From NCBI GenBank assembly GCA_024346625.1, contig AP024664.1:620001-684000 (forward strand): DNA of 64,000 nucleotides, in the 5' to 3' direction. Shown here piece after piece: positions 10,597 through 21,100 of this stretch (its first letter is position 1; each line of letters begins with the position of its first letter). Position numbers and translations under genes: made by a program. Below the pieces are notes generated by a model. The model did not search any database. It had not been told where the DNA came from and saw nothing but the letters and a program-made list of their open reading frames with translations. The stretch is from Williopsis jadinii (Eukaryota).

Positions 10597-11232
10597 ATGG
10601 TTGCCATCAGATACAAAGACCTCGTTCCCTTGGGAACTGCTCTAACAATTGCAGGTAGTTTCTTCTTTATGGGTGTTATTCTCGGTAATTTGCCGTATGA
10701 TTTCAAGACCCTTTACTCCCCAGGAGCTACTCAGGCTGATTTTGACAACTCTCTGAGACACTATCAGACATGGGCCGAGATTCCTACCGTGGCCCTCCAT
10801 ATCCTCCACTTCTTCATCGGGATTGGTTTCGTCGGTATGTTGATCAAGATCTACAAGCCTGATGACGAGATTAAGTACTTTGAATACGGCTCCTTGGTGC
10901 TGTACGTGATTGCTGTGTGCACGTATTTGACAAACTTGAAGATCGGTGCTCAGAGCGCAGTGCATGGAGAATGGGGCGATGTTGACCAGAACACCGGTAT
11001 CAACGTGATTGCTGCCACGGAGACTCTTATCGTGTTCCTCTTGGGCTTCATTGTTGTGCTTCAGTTGGGTTTGTACTGGGCCCAGGTGGATTATCAGCAG
11101 AGATTGGAGATCTTCAACAAGGAGTTGGCAGAGGAGGCCAAGGCTGAGGAGGAGAAGATCCAGGAGACGGCCAAGTCCACCGGTGTGAAGGCCAAGAAGA
11201 CCACCGTGAAGTCAACGTCAAAGAAGAACTAA
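10597..11232 (+). CDS. SHR3: ER chaperone for amino-acid permeases
   Basis: Four TM segments, FDNSLRHYQTW, GEWGDVDQNTGINVIAA, basic tail ending KKN. Confidence 0.93.
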   Translation: MVAIRYKDLVPLGTALTIAGSFFFMGVILGNLPYDFKTLYSPGATQADFDNSLRHYQTWAEIPTVALHILHFFIGIGFVGMLIKIYKPDDEIKYFEYGSLVLYVIAVCTYLTNLKIGAQSAVHGEWGDVDQNTGINVIAATETLIVFLLGFIVVLQLGLYWAQVDYQQRLEIFNKELAEEAKAEEEKIQETAKSTGVKAKKTTVKSTSKKN

Positions 11233-11579
11233 GTATTGTGTGTAGTGTAACATAAGGCCATTTATGATATAATTCATAATGTAATCCATAATATAATATA
11301 ATATAATTATAATAATATAATCCTGGAATGAAAAGAGCTCATCGGCTGAAACTCGGCGATCTCAAAGCATCATCGATGATGCCGGAAATTATGTCTCGAG
11401 ATTCCAATCAACAATCGCTACGGTTCTTCACTCTGCAAACAGTTCTGTCCGCTGAACACTCCAATTGGTTCATACGCTCCTGAACTTGCCTCCTCTGCTC
11501 GCTACTTTCTTCGGAAACAACTCCTTCGCTGTACATATCAAAAGCGTTCTCGAGAGCTGAGTCATCCATCCTCTCGGCC

Positions 11580-12659
11580 ATGGCTGATCAACAGGAACCG
11601 ATCAAACATCACGGTCAGCAGCAGCAACAGCAAAAGACTGTTCTAACTGCGATCACTGGTGAACTGGACACCTCGAATGCGATTCATATACTTCCACAGT
11701 TCTTGATGCCATGGAGGGCGGGCGTGCTGTCATATTCCGCCTCTCTGTTGTCAACCATTGTGGGATACCCGTTGGACTCTATAAAGACAAGAATGCAAAC
11801 GTATAGATTTGATGGAATCTTGCACTGCTTCACAAAAACAGTGAGAGATGAAGGTGTACGAGGTCTATTCCGTGGTCTCACGGCACCTCTCCTCTCAACA
11901 TCTTTTACAAAGGCCATTGGAGTCACGGTGTACACCACCGTTAAGCCATATGCTGCATTGTTGCAACTACACACGCTGAAACCGATTACGGTGCCCGATG
12001 ACTCTTCAAAGAAGCTGAAGGCAATGATCCTGGCTGTGAATAATGCACCGGTATCGTTCCTGGCTGGTGCAATGTCAGGATGTGCCTGCTCGGCATTTGC
12101 ATCGCCTTTTGAATTCACGAAGCTGTTTCAGCAGATTTACGTCTTGATGCAAGCAGACCTGAACCTGAGCCCTCGTCGTATGCCAAATACCACATGGCAG
12201 GTTGTCAAGCAGATTCGTCGTCACGAGGGAATCCTAGGTTTGTACTCTGGTTACAGGTTTCATCTCATGAGAGACTCTCTAGGCTCAGCATTGTACTTTT
12301 CTGTGTATGAAACAGCAAAGATTCTACTAGAAGGATTCAGTACTCCACAAGGGACAATTGCTGGAACAAATATCCCAATGGGTGCCATTTCAATTACAAT
12401 ATCAGGTGCTCTATCTGGTGTCTTCTCGTGGATATTGGTGTTCCCTATCGATACCGTGAAATCACTGACGCAGAAGGATATAGTATCAAATATAATTAGA
12501 GGTTTGGCACTGAAACAGCCTAAACCAATCATGATGAGATCTCTAAGGCTTCCAAACCGTTCGATGTATAGAGGTTTGAGTGTGAGTGTTATGAGATCGG
12601 TAATCACGAGTACAGTGTTCTTTACTGCATTCGAATACTTCATGAAACACATAACTTAG
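11580..12659 (+). CDS. Mitochondrial carrier family protein (Ymc/Ort1/Crc1-like; substrate uncertain)
   Basis: Three PX[DE]XX[KR] signatures: YPLDSIKTRMQ, SPFEFTKL, FPIDTVKS; EGVRGLFRG and EGILGLYSG motifs. Confidence 0.9.
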   Translation: MADQQEPIKHHGQQQQQQKTVLTAITGELDTSNAIHILPQFLMPWRAGVLSYSASLLSTIVGYPLDSIKTRMQTYRFDGILHCFTKTVRDEGVRGLFRGLTAPLLSTSFTKAIGVTVYTTVKPYAALLQLHTLKPITVPDDSSKKLKAMILAVNNAPVSFLAGAMSGCACSAFASPFEFTKLFQQIYVLMQADLNLSPRRMPNTTWQVVKQIRRHEGILGLYSGYRFHLMRDSLGSALYFSVYETAKILLEGFSTPQGTIAGTNIPMGAISITISGALSGVFSWILVFPIDTVKSLTQKDIVSNIIRGLALKQPKPIMMRSLRLPNRSMYRGLSVSVMRSVITSTVFFTAFEYFMKHIT

Positions 12660-12856
12660 CAAGAAATATTCGGAAACCACTATACTAATAATGCTCATGA
12701 TGATCATATATAATAATTATTTTTTTATTTCATTGCATATAAAGTGAATCGTCACCATCATAAGAGTAATTATACAAGGGAGCATTGTGCTTGTCATATG
12801 TATCATGTGTACTAGGTAGGTACATCAAGTGCCATAAGGGGGTATTAGTGAAACAA

Positions 12857-15800
12857 TCATCCTGTCTTACTCCGACGAGTACCCCGTTTGCTTTTCGGCT
12901 TAGTAATACGGCCTCTAACGGTTGCTGCTCTTGTTGAGCCTCGTGCTCTGGCTGCTGTATGACCTCTTGAAGACGCACGTCCACGTCCACGACCTCTGGT
13001 GGAGGTGGTTGGTGTAACTTTGGGTTCAAGTCCAGCAGCAAGTTTAATGCTGTGCCTCGTACGTGGACGAGTGCCAACATCAACTTTCAGAATATCATCA
13101 ACATCGAGAGAGGTTGTTGCATCTTTGTCATCAGCAGCAACAGAGTGAGTATCACTGATATCAGCAAAACCATCATTCGTTTCAAGGGCTGTTTGCTCAT
13201 TCTGAGAAACCGAGGTATCTTCAACTCTTGGGTCAAGGTTAGAGAGTGAGCTTTCATCTTCCGTAGAATCATTGTCAAAAGATCTTGGAACAGCGTCTCC
13301 AGCTCCTGTAAGAACATTTTGCTTCTCCTCTAGAGCATTTGTCCCTACCGGGACATCATCATATTTATGTTCCACATGATGGCTATGCTGAGGAGAGTTG
13401 TGGTTCTCAATGTAGTCAGCAACCTCAGCAATATCACTAACAACTCTTGAAGCCTCTAGTTCACCATGAGCGATATCTTCGATAATGCGTTCCTCTCGTT
13501 CGTCAATCATTTTAGCTTCGGTGATCTCCTCACTAGTATGGGCATCAAGAATGCGTCCAGTTCTAGTTTTCATAATAATATGATCCTTGAAATCAGGTAC
13601 CGGTCCCAGTTTAGATCCTGATGAATCGCCTGTTTCAGAGTTTTTTGTTCTTTTGTATGGAGTTTTTGTTTCCTTTGCAACAGGGTCTTCTTCTCTCATA
13701 CGTTTCTTTGGCATCTGTTCCTCCTCATCAGTCACATGTTGATGTTGATTGTTGTCCAGGGTTTGATTATCAGAAGCTTCATCAGAGATAGGATAATCCA
13801 ATGTATTTTCACCCTCATTGTTGTAATCATAGCTGGTGACATCAGCTGCTTGTTGAACACTTGTGGACTCACTCAGTACGCTTGTGGACTCTTCACCAGT
13901 ATTGGAACTATCAAGTTGGCCAGCACTGAAAGTCTGTCTCAAGCCTGAAGGTTGGATTGGCACATGAGCTATTGTCTTGGAATTCTTCAAGGGGGTCGAA
14001 TTGGTGCTGCTTTCAGAAGTGGTATTGGTAGTGGTATCACTGAATGGATCCACTGTTGGTTTGACAAATTTGAGAACGGCATCCTTAAGAGACGGCTTCT
14101 GTGGTATTTCAATCTCCTGGATAGTGGATTCTGCAAGCATATCACTTCCTATAGAATCATCTATAACCTCTTTTGTATCTTTAATGATTTCTTTCACGGC
14201 TTCATCAACATGTTCGGCAATGCTTTCACCTTGTTCACCAAGAGCAGTTTCGAACATTTCAGTCGCAGTGTTATTGATGGACTGTTCGAATTTGTCTTCC
14301 ATGCTTTCAACACTTGCAACAACCTCCTTTGGTGGCTCATCAGTCATGGTATTCGTGAATTGTTCAGCAGCGTTCTCGATATCTTTGGCCAATGGAACAA
14401 CACTGTTTTCGATAAATGCGTCGGTTTTCTTAGCAATATCTGAAGATTCAATGGTATCAACAACCTCCTTTGGTGGCTCATCAGTCATAGTTTCGGTAAA
14501 CTGTTCAATGGCATTTACGAAGTTCTCAACAACCGGTTTGACTTTGTTTTCAATAAATTCTTCTGCTTTCCTGGTAATTTCAGAAGAACCAAACTTTCCA
14601 GCAACTTCATTTGATAGTTCACTTGACGATTCGTTCAAAAGGGTGTCGGTAAACTGCTCAGCGGCATCAGCTATATTGTGAACAGCAGGTTCAAGTTTGT
14701 CCTCAATAAAGTCTTCGACCTGTCTCGTTAAGTTGGATCCCATGTTGCTAATAGCCGTCTCAAAGCCTTCCGCAGTCTCATCAATTGAATCAACGATATC
14801 ATGTTCCATCTGTTCTGCTGTCTCTATAGCGTGTTTACTTGGTTCTCCTGTAACGGCATCAGTAAACTCCACAACGGCGTCAGCAACGGGTTCAACCTTC
14901 TGTTCAACAAACTCCTTGACATTTTCCATAAGCTTATCGCCAGATTCACCAAGTGCTGTGTCAAACATTTCTTCAGCTACTTCGTGGACTTTTTCACTGG
15001 CGTCATGTTCCATGGTCTCGATCGTATCGATTGTTTGGGCCCGTGGATCCTCGAGCAAAGCCTCTGAAAACTGCTCTGCTGCTTGAACAACTGGCTCTGT
15101 AGTCTTATGCATAGATTCTTCAAACTGGTCAATAGGTTTCTCGCCAGTTTCACCCATAGCAGTATCATGACCTCTCTCGTTCAGGAGATCATGGCGTGCG
15201 CTTTTTTGAAGTTCCTCGTCAATTTGAACGGGTTCAGCCGTAGTTTCCCCGAGCAACCCATTGGTAAACTGCTCAGCCGCGACTATCGTGTCTGCAACCG
15301 ACTTTAGTGAGACGGAAGCGACCTCCTCCAACTGGCTCTCAACCATTTGACCGTCTTCTTCGGCCTGTACAGAAGGTTCTCCAACTGATGCCTCTGTGAA
15401 TTCTTCAACCGCATTTAAGAATCTAGACGTTACACCCACCCCCTTCTCGGTGCCAATTTCGATTTCACTACTATTCGGAACAACACATGGTGTCTGCGTG
15501 TCCTCCATACTGGAATTGAAGTCACTATCCACTGCATCTTGGGCATTGAACATCTGGTCCGTGAATTTTCTCAATGCTGATATTAGTCCAGTCTTACTCT
15601 CCTCTTGATTCTCCAGCTCAGATGGTGACAGCATTGGAGTATCCTCCATAGGATCATCATCCTTCAGTTCGCTTGTGGAGAAGTCCTGTTCTCCATCAAC
15701 AGAGTCGAGAGTCTGTGAATCATTCGGTGTTTCACCGTTATCCTTGTCATCGTTGTCTGTTGATTGGACACTCGCCTCAATTACATGTTTCAACTTGGGC

Positions 15801-17833
15801 GGTATCACTTGAGGCTCTGGCGTCACTGATTTGAGGAATAGGTCAGAGGCATCAGCTAAAGAGAATGAATTATGGTTTTGAGAGTCTGAAGGATTAACGG
15901 AGAATGATACGAATGATTCGGAGTACGATTCGTCCTCCTCTCTTTGTTCACTTTGTTTGTCTTGTTCTTCATCCTCGTCGTCGCCGTTTGCGTTGTCATC
16001 CTCGTCGCCGTTTTCGTTATCATTCTCGTCGCCGTTTTCATCGCTTCCAGTGTCAACTTTTCTTGGGGAGTTAACGGTTTCTTCTGTTGAGATATACTGC
16101 CTTGTGCCCTCAGGCAGGATTTCGGTTGAAGCGTCGCTTCTGGAGTCCAATTTTGAATCGCTTTCCCCATCGATATCCAGCTCTGCCTGGGTTATCCGAC
16201 CGAAAATACTTGTAGCTGGATCAACAAATGGTTCATCATCAGAATCATAGTACTGTTCTTCCTCGTAATTCTCCTTCACATTTTGATTTTCAATGTAATC
16301 TTCGTTCTTTCCCAATGCTTCTTGGTGATCCTCGTCGTGATCAGAAGTTTCATGGCTATTGGGTTCTCCACTAGCAAAGTTATCAACTTGTTGAAGATCC
16401 TGATCAAGCTCTTGAATATGATCATGGATTTTTTGATTATCGGTGACGTGTTCGTGGATATCACTAGAGTCATTGTCCTCACCTTCAACCATTTCAATGT
16501 CAACATCATCAAGTCCATCATCATTATTTGATGTCACTATCTGTTGGTCATCTGACTGCTTGAAGACTTGGCCCAAAGCAGCTGAAGCAATCACATCAAG
16601 TCCAGATAGCTCTCCATTTCGCACAGTGTCTAGCTCATCAGCGGAACTCATGAATTCATTAGCTAATTCCTCGGCTTCCTTGGCTTCAACGACAATTTCA
16701 TCCAAGTCAATGTCTTCTTTATCTTCATAATCCCCAGATTCATACTCCAAATGTTCATCCTCCAAATGTTCATCCTCCAAATGTTCATCCTCCAAATGTT
16801 CATCCTCCAAATGTTCATCCTCCAAATGTTCATCCTCCAAATGTTCATCCTCCAAATGTTCATCCTCCAAATGTTCATCCTCCAAATGTTCATCCTCCAA
16901 ATCAAATTTCTCCGAGTAGAATTCCTCCTGAGAATTAACATACATTTCCCCATCTTCTGGATCTGACTGGTTTTGGGAGTATGCTGATTTGTACTGAGGT
17001 GTAATATTGTATTCTTTGGAATCATCAACAAAACTAGCTGGATCGTAGAGAGCCTCCTGTTCTAATTCGTCTTTCTCGTTAGATTCATCCGTGGAGACAT
17101 CAAGAAACTGTGCATCCTGAGGTAAAATCATATTGCCGTCTGAATCGTACTCGATATCTGAATCTTTAATGTGTTCAACGTATTGAGACAAGTCCTGGTC
17201 AAAGCTGTGGGAATTTAGTCTGCTATAGTCTGGCATTTCTTCTTCTGAATCATCTGGAAGTTGATCTGATTCATGTGATTCGATGATTTCATCTCCAACC
17301 TCATACACCACGTCACTTTTTCCATCATCATCAATTTCATGAACCTCCTCTACGAAATCCTCATCCTCCTCCTCCTCTTCTTCTTCTTCTTCTTCTTCTT
17401 CCTCCTGTTTCTCCTTCTCCTTCTGGTCCAAAAACTCCTTAAGCCTATCAAACGCCTCTGTATGAACTTCATCCTGTAATTCAAACTTCTTCTTATCCAT
17501 TTGCAATTGCTCGTAGAACTGCTTCTCCTCCTCTTGCTCTGTCTGCAAAGCGGTCTTCACCTTGCTCGTCATCGAATGAATCCACCCCACGATATCATCT
17601 GATGCTTTTGCGCCAGCCACATGGCTCTTCTCCAAAGACACAGAGCTCGATGACGACCGTCTAACTTTACTATGCGAGGGAGATATCAACCGGCGGAAGG
17701 GTGACGCTGCTGACTGGTTCGCAAGATCCCATGTCCTTGTTCTCGAGAGCGGCGACTCAAACCGACGACGTCCACCGAGCGACCTCTGACCGTCCTTGTT
17801 AGGAGTCGAGTCTTCACCGTTCTGATAGCCCAT
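12857..17833 (-). CDS. ESC1: Large acidic protein, probable Esc1 orthologue (nuclear periphery, silencing anchor)
   Basis: 1658-aa open frame, very acidic. N-terminal block DDIVGWIHSMTSKVKTALQTEQEEEKQFYEQLQMDKKKFELQD resembles the recalled Esc1 block (ALSWVDSLINRGKSILTTLEKEDALFERSLEEERQRFQLHD). Head-to-head with TRS130, like YMR219W/YMR218C. Confidence 0.7.
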   Translation of the reverse strand: MGYQNGEDSTPNKDGQRSLGGRRRFESPLSRTRTWDLANQSAASPFRRLISPSHSKVRRSSSSSVSLEKSHVAGAKASDDIVGWIHSMTSKVKTALQTEQEEEKQFYEQLQMDKKKFELQDEVHTEAFDRLKEFLDQKEKEKQEEEEEEEEEEEEEDEDFVEEVHEIDDDGKSDVVYEVGDEIIESHESDQLPDDSEEEMPDYSRLNSHSFDQDLSQYVEHIKDSDIEYDSDGNMILPQDAQFLDVSTDESNEKDELEQEALYDPASFVDDSKEYNITPQYKSAYSQNQSDPEDGEMYVNSQEEFYSEKFDLEDEHLEDEHLEDEHLEDEHLEDEHLEDEHLEDEHLEDEHLEDEHLEDEHLEYESGDYEDKEDIDLDEIVVEAKEAEELANEFMSSADELDTVRNGELSGLDVIASAALGQVFKQSDDQQIVTSNNDDGLDDVDIEMVEGEDNDSSDIHEHVTDNQKIHDHIQELDQDLQQVDNFASGEPNSHETSDHDEDHQEALGKNEDYIENQNVKENYEEEQYYDSDDEPFVDPATSIFGRITQAELDIDGESDSKLDSRSDASTEILPEGTRQYISTEETVNSPRKVDTGSDENGDENDNENGDEDDNANGDDEDEEQDKQSEQREEDESYSESFVSFSVNPSDSQNHNSFSLADASDLFLKSVTPEPQVIPPKLKHVIEASVQSTDNDDKDNGETPNDSQTLDSVDGEQDFSTSELKDDDPMEDTPMLSPSELENQEESKTGLISALRKFTDQMFNAQDAVDSDFNSSMEDTQTPCVVPNSSEIEIGTEKGVGVTSRFLNAVEEFTEASVGEPSVQAEEDGQMVESQLEEVASVSLKSVADTIVAAEQFTNGLLGETTAEPVQIDEELQKSARHDLLNERGHDTAMGETGEKPIDQFEESMHKTTEPVVQAAEQFSEALLEDPRAQTIDTIETMEHDASEKVHEVAEEMFDTALGESGDKLMENVKEFVEQKVEPVADAVVEFTDAVTGEPSKHAIETAEQMEHDIVDSIDETAEGFETAISNMGSNLTRQVEDFIEDKLEPAVHNIADAAEQFTDTLLNESSSELSNEVAGKFGSSEITRKAEEFIENKVKPVVENFVNAIEQFTETMTDEPPKEVVDTIESSDIAKKTDAFIENSVVPLAKDIENAAEQFTNTMTDEPPKEVVASVESMEDKFEQSINNTATEMFETALGEQGESIAEHVDEAVKEIIKDTKEVIDDSIGSDMLAESTIQEIEIPQKPSLKDAVLKFVKPTVDPFSDTTTNTTSESSTNSTPLKNSKTIAHVPIQPSGLRQTFSAGQLDSSNTGEESTSVLSESTSVQQAADVTSYDYNNEGENTLDYPISDEASDNQTLDNNQHQHVTDEEEQMPKKRMREEDPVAKETKTPYKRTKNSETGDSSGSKLGPVPDFKDHIIMKTRTGRILDAHTSEEITEAKMIDEREERIIEDIAHGELEASRVVSDIAEVADYIENHNSPQHSHHVEHKYDDVPVGTNALEEKQNVLTGAGDAVPRSFDNDSTEDESSLSNLDPRVEDTSVSQNEQTALETNDGFADISDTHSVAADDKDATTSLDVDDILKVDVGTRPRTRHSIKLAAGLEPKVTPTTSTRGRGRGRASSRGHTAARARGSTRAATVRGRITKPKSKRGTRRSKTG
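16746..16902. repeat. Perfect coding minisatellite, 15-bp unit x10 (EDEHL repeats)
   Basis: TCCAAATGTTCATCC repeated 10 times plus a partial copy. Confidence 0.97.
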
Positions 17834-18161
17834 CCTCCTCTGTGTTGGTGTTCTTCGATTCGCTGGCGGCTGATTTCAACCGTTTATTTTGATCTGCTTT
17901 GTGTTTTGATGTGTTTTCGATTTGTTTTGATGTGTTTTCGATTTGTTTTGATTTGCTTTTGTGTTGATTTGTTTACAAAAACCTGTGATGGAAAAACAGC
18001 ATGGAAAGCGAAAGCTCAAAGGGAAACACAACAAAACAGAAAGCCACCACGGCGGCAACCAGTAACGCAAGCACAGAGAGCGTTAGCATCGACCCTTAGA
18101 TAAAGGTAAAGGTGAAGACGAAGCTGAAGAAGAGGAACGGCAAACCGCCAGTGATATTTCG

Positions 18162-21100
18162 ATGACAGGAGCAGCAGTGCGAGTAGGGTTCTACGACCCA
18201 TTTACTGTTTACACTGGTGCTTTCAAAGAACAGTTGGAGTCAACCCATCTTACAAATCTGCATTGGAGAGCGGCTTCGAATGACCTGTTGAAATCCATTG
18301 CAGAGCTACCTGTTTCATTTGTCGAGGAGACGCCTAAGAGCTTTGACAACAGCATTAGTGGGCCTCTGATGCTGGACACAGATGAGTCGATTGAACTACA
18401 GGTACTGAATCTCACGTCTATTCCATACGTGAGGCTTATCTTTGTCACCGCGGAGGATACTGAATCGTACAGGTCGAAAGTTCGTCCGTTGATCCAAGAA
18501 TGGAAGAAGTCGTGTGTTGAAAAGGCACACGGACCGGTGGATTGGTATGTGGTGTACGTTGGTGATGAGTCGAAGGCAGCCTCAAAGCTGTACGATAAGC
18601 TGAAGACCGATTTTGAAACTGAAACGGATAAGAGATGCTACCGCCTAAAGGTCAACTCGAATGAGCTCGAGCTTCAAACGATGATTTCTCACAAGCTGAA
18701 AGAGAGCATATTGGCCATCTTCACTACTAGATTACAACTGTTGAATGCGGCATTGCAGAAGATCAAATCGAGTGATCTGAAGAATGAGTTCAAATCGTTC
18801 GTCGTTGTTAAAGAGGCAATTGCCTCTCAATTCTTGGCTATGAACTTGTATGAAGAAGCGCTCGAACAGTATGACCTTCTAATGTCCTCTCTGGACGAGT
18901 ATCAAGAAGAAGTGTATGGCCCACAAACTTGGGAATTCAAATACTTGAATACCGTTGAAAACTATATGAAGAAGGATGTTTTGTTCGAACCTAACGGTGC
19001 TGATGTATCTTTGTTTGAATTGAAATCGTTCATATTTACTAGAATATTCGAGGCATTTGAAGCGCTGGCTGACACATCACCATCGCTTTCATTGGCATCA
19101 ATCCATATAGCTGAACTATTGAGGAGATTGCAAACTTTTTTGGCTGACTGTGCCAAAGACTTCGAAAATGGCAAAAACTTATTCCAGGTGCAAGAATGGG
19201 AGTACAAAATAATCGAAGAAGTTATGAGCTTGGACATGTGCTCAAAGCTTTTGCTAAATGATGATCCCGACACGGATACTTCCCCGTTCACAGAAAGATC
19301 GGGTGAAACTTTGCTCTTGCAAAGATCACTTTTGCTGAAGCTCGGACAAGCTTATGATTATTATATCAATGGAGTACTTACAGACATAACGCTTTCAGGA
19401 CCGCATGATTCGACAACGCTCAGCTATCTTCCTCTGAAACCTATTTTTGAATCAAAGAAGGAATTTCAAGAACAGTTTGTTAAATTCACAGAGGCAGCAA
19501 TCAAGTATTTTAACATGTGTGATCGTCCACGGTCAGTTGATACACTATCCATTGACATTGCCCTGTTGGATTATCAGAATGAAGAGTACGAGAAGGCTGC
19601 CGTGGTTTTGTCAACATGTCCAGAATTCTATGGCGGTCAAGGGTGGAAGCTCATTAGTATAACGCTTCTGGAAGCATACATTGGATGCCTTGAGAAAATC
19701 GATGAATCGTGTGAATTGTTTTCCGTTGAAGGGCAACCTTCAAGGGAAGACCAACTTCTACAGAGTTTTATCAACGTCTTAAAACTAGCAAAGGAAAACA
19801 AGTTTGCATTTGCAAAGGGATTGATTTCCAAAGCAGTGAACTACATCGTTTCATCTACTAAACATCGGCCGTTGGACTTGAATGACTTCTTTCCCTTAGA
19901 AGCATCATCATATGTTAGACCTTCGAAAAGTGATACATATGAATTATCGGTGACAATCACGAATCCCTACCCTGTGGCCATTCCTCTAACCTCACTGCAA
20001 CTTGATGTAGAAAACATGGAAGGTGATTTTGTTAGGTTCAACCGTGACAGGATTGTATTGGAAACAGGTGTAAACAATTTGAAGTTGTCTTCATCTGTGA
20101 TCCAAAGTGGTACATTTACATTATCTTTGTTCAGAGCGAATATGGGCTTCTGTGAACTCTCGCATATCTTTCAAAAAATTGAGAAAGCTGAAGTTTATAT
20201 CATCGAAACAACAGATATGTTTTCATTGGCTATTGAAAACTCTTCTGAGGTTGACCTGGGGTCGAGACCAGTGTCTGTCATTCTCAAGACAAATGAAACA
20301 ATCGATAATATTCGTCTTCGTGTATACAGATCATCAGAAGCTTTTGAGATTCATGAAAATTGCAAAATCAAACGATCATCTGGTTCCTACATTGACGAGT
20401 TCGAAATGGAAGAAAACTGCCTTGTTATCCCCAGATTAGAGGGACCTGAAGAGTATGAAATTATTATTCCTTACTCTACAATCATAAGTCCAAAGGACAC
20501 TGTTATTGAACTATATGCGTCTGCTTCATATGAAGCTCAAGGAGAAAAGCGTGGTTTCAAAACTAAAGACTTCATCGAAACTGCCTTGAGCATTGGAGTA
20601 TCTGTCCAGGATATATTCAAAATCAATTGTCTCTATTGTAAGTTTTCGATTGGTACTTCTATTCCAGAACATCCACTTCGAATCATATCTGCAAATTTGG
20701 AGCCCAATGAACGATACAGTGTCAGTTCACCTTTGAGTCCTGGTCCTTTAGTTGCATTTGGTGAGCAACCTGTCAATTACTTTTGTCAGATCCGTGAAAA
20801 TGAGGACAATACTACTGAATCCAGTAGATATTTAAAGTTGAAAGTGCATTACAGAGAACTAAAGAGTGAGGCCAAACAGTTCTGGAAATACCATCTATTC
20901 AAAGAATTGAGGAAATGCTCCTTGGACCAATATCTTCCACTGTTACTCAAGTGTTCTGAAACTCTGGACGTTGATTATAATGAATTTATTTACAACAAGG
21001 TTCTATGTACCAATACTCCAAACGACTACCATCAAAGATATTTCAAAGCTATTCCTCCAGAGGATCGTCTCAAAGTGTTTGAAATCTTTTCAACAAACTT

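Noticed and set aside
16663..17031. MNIWR and MFILQ repeat ORFs
   Set aside because: Alternative frames of the 15-bp EDEHL minisatellite
17895..17955. 21-bp tandem repeat upstream of ESC1 (also GGGACTC x3 near 1012 and TAATA runs near 11280)
   Set aside because: Simple slippage repeats with no spacers or linked genes; not CRISPR-like
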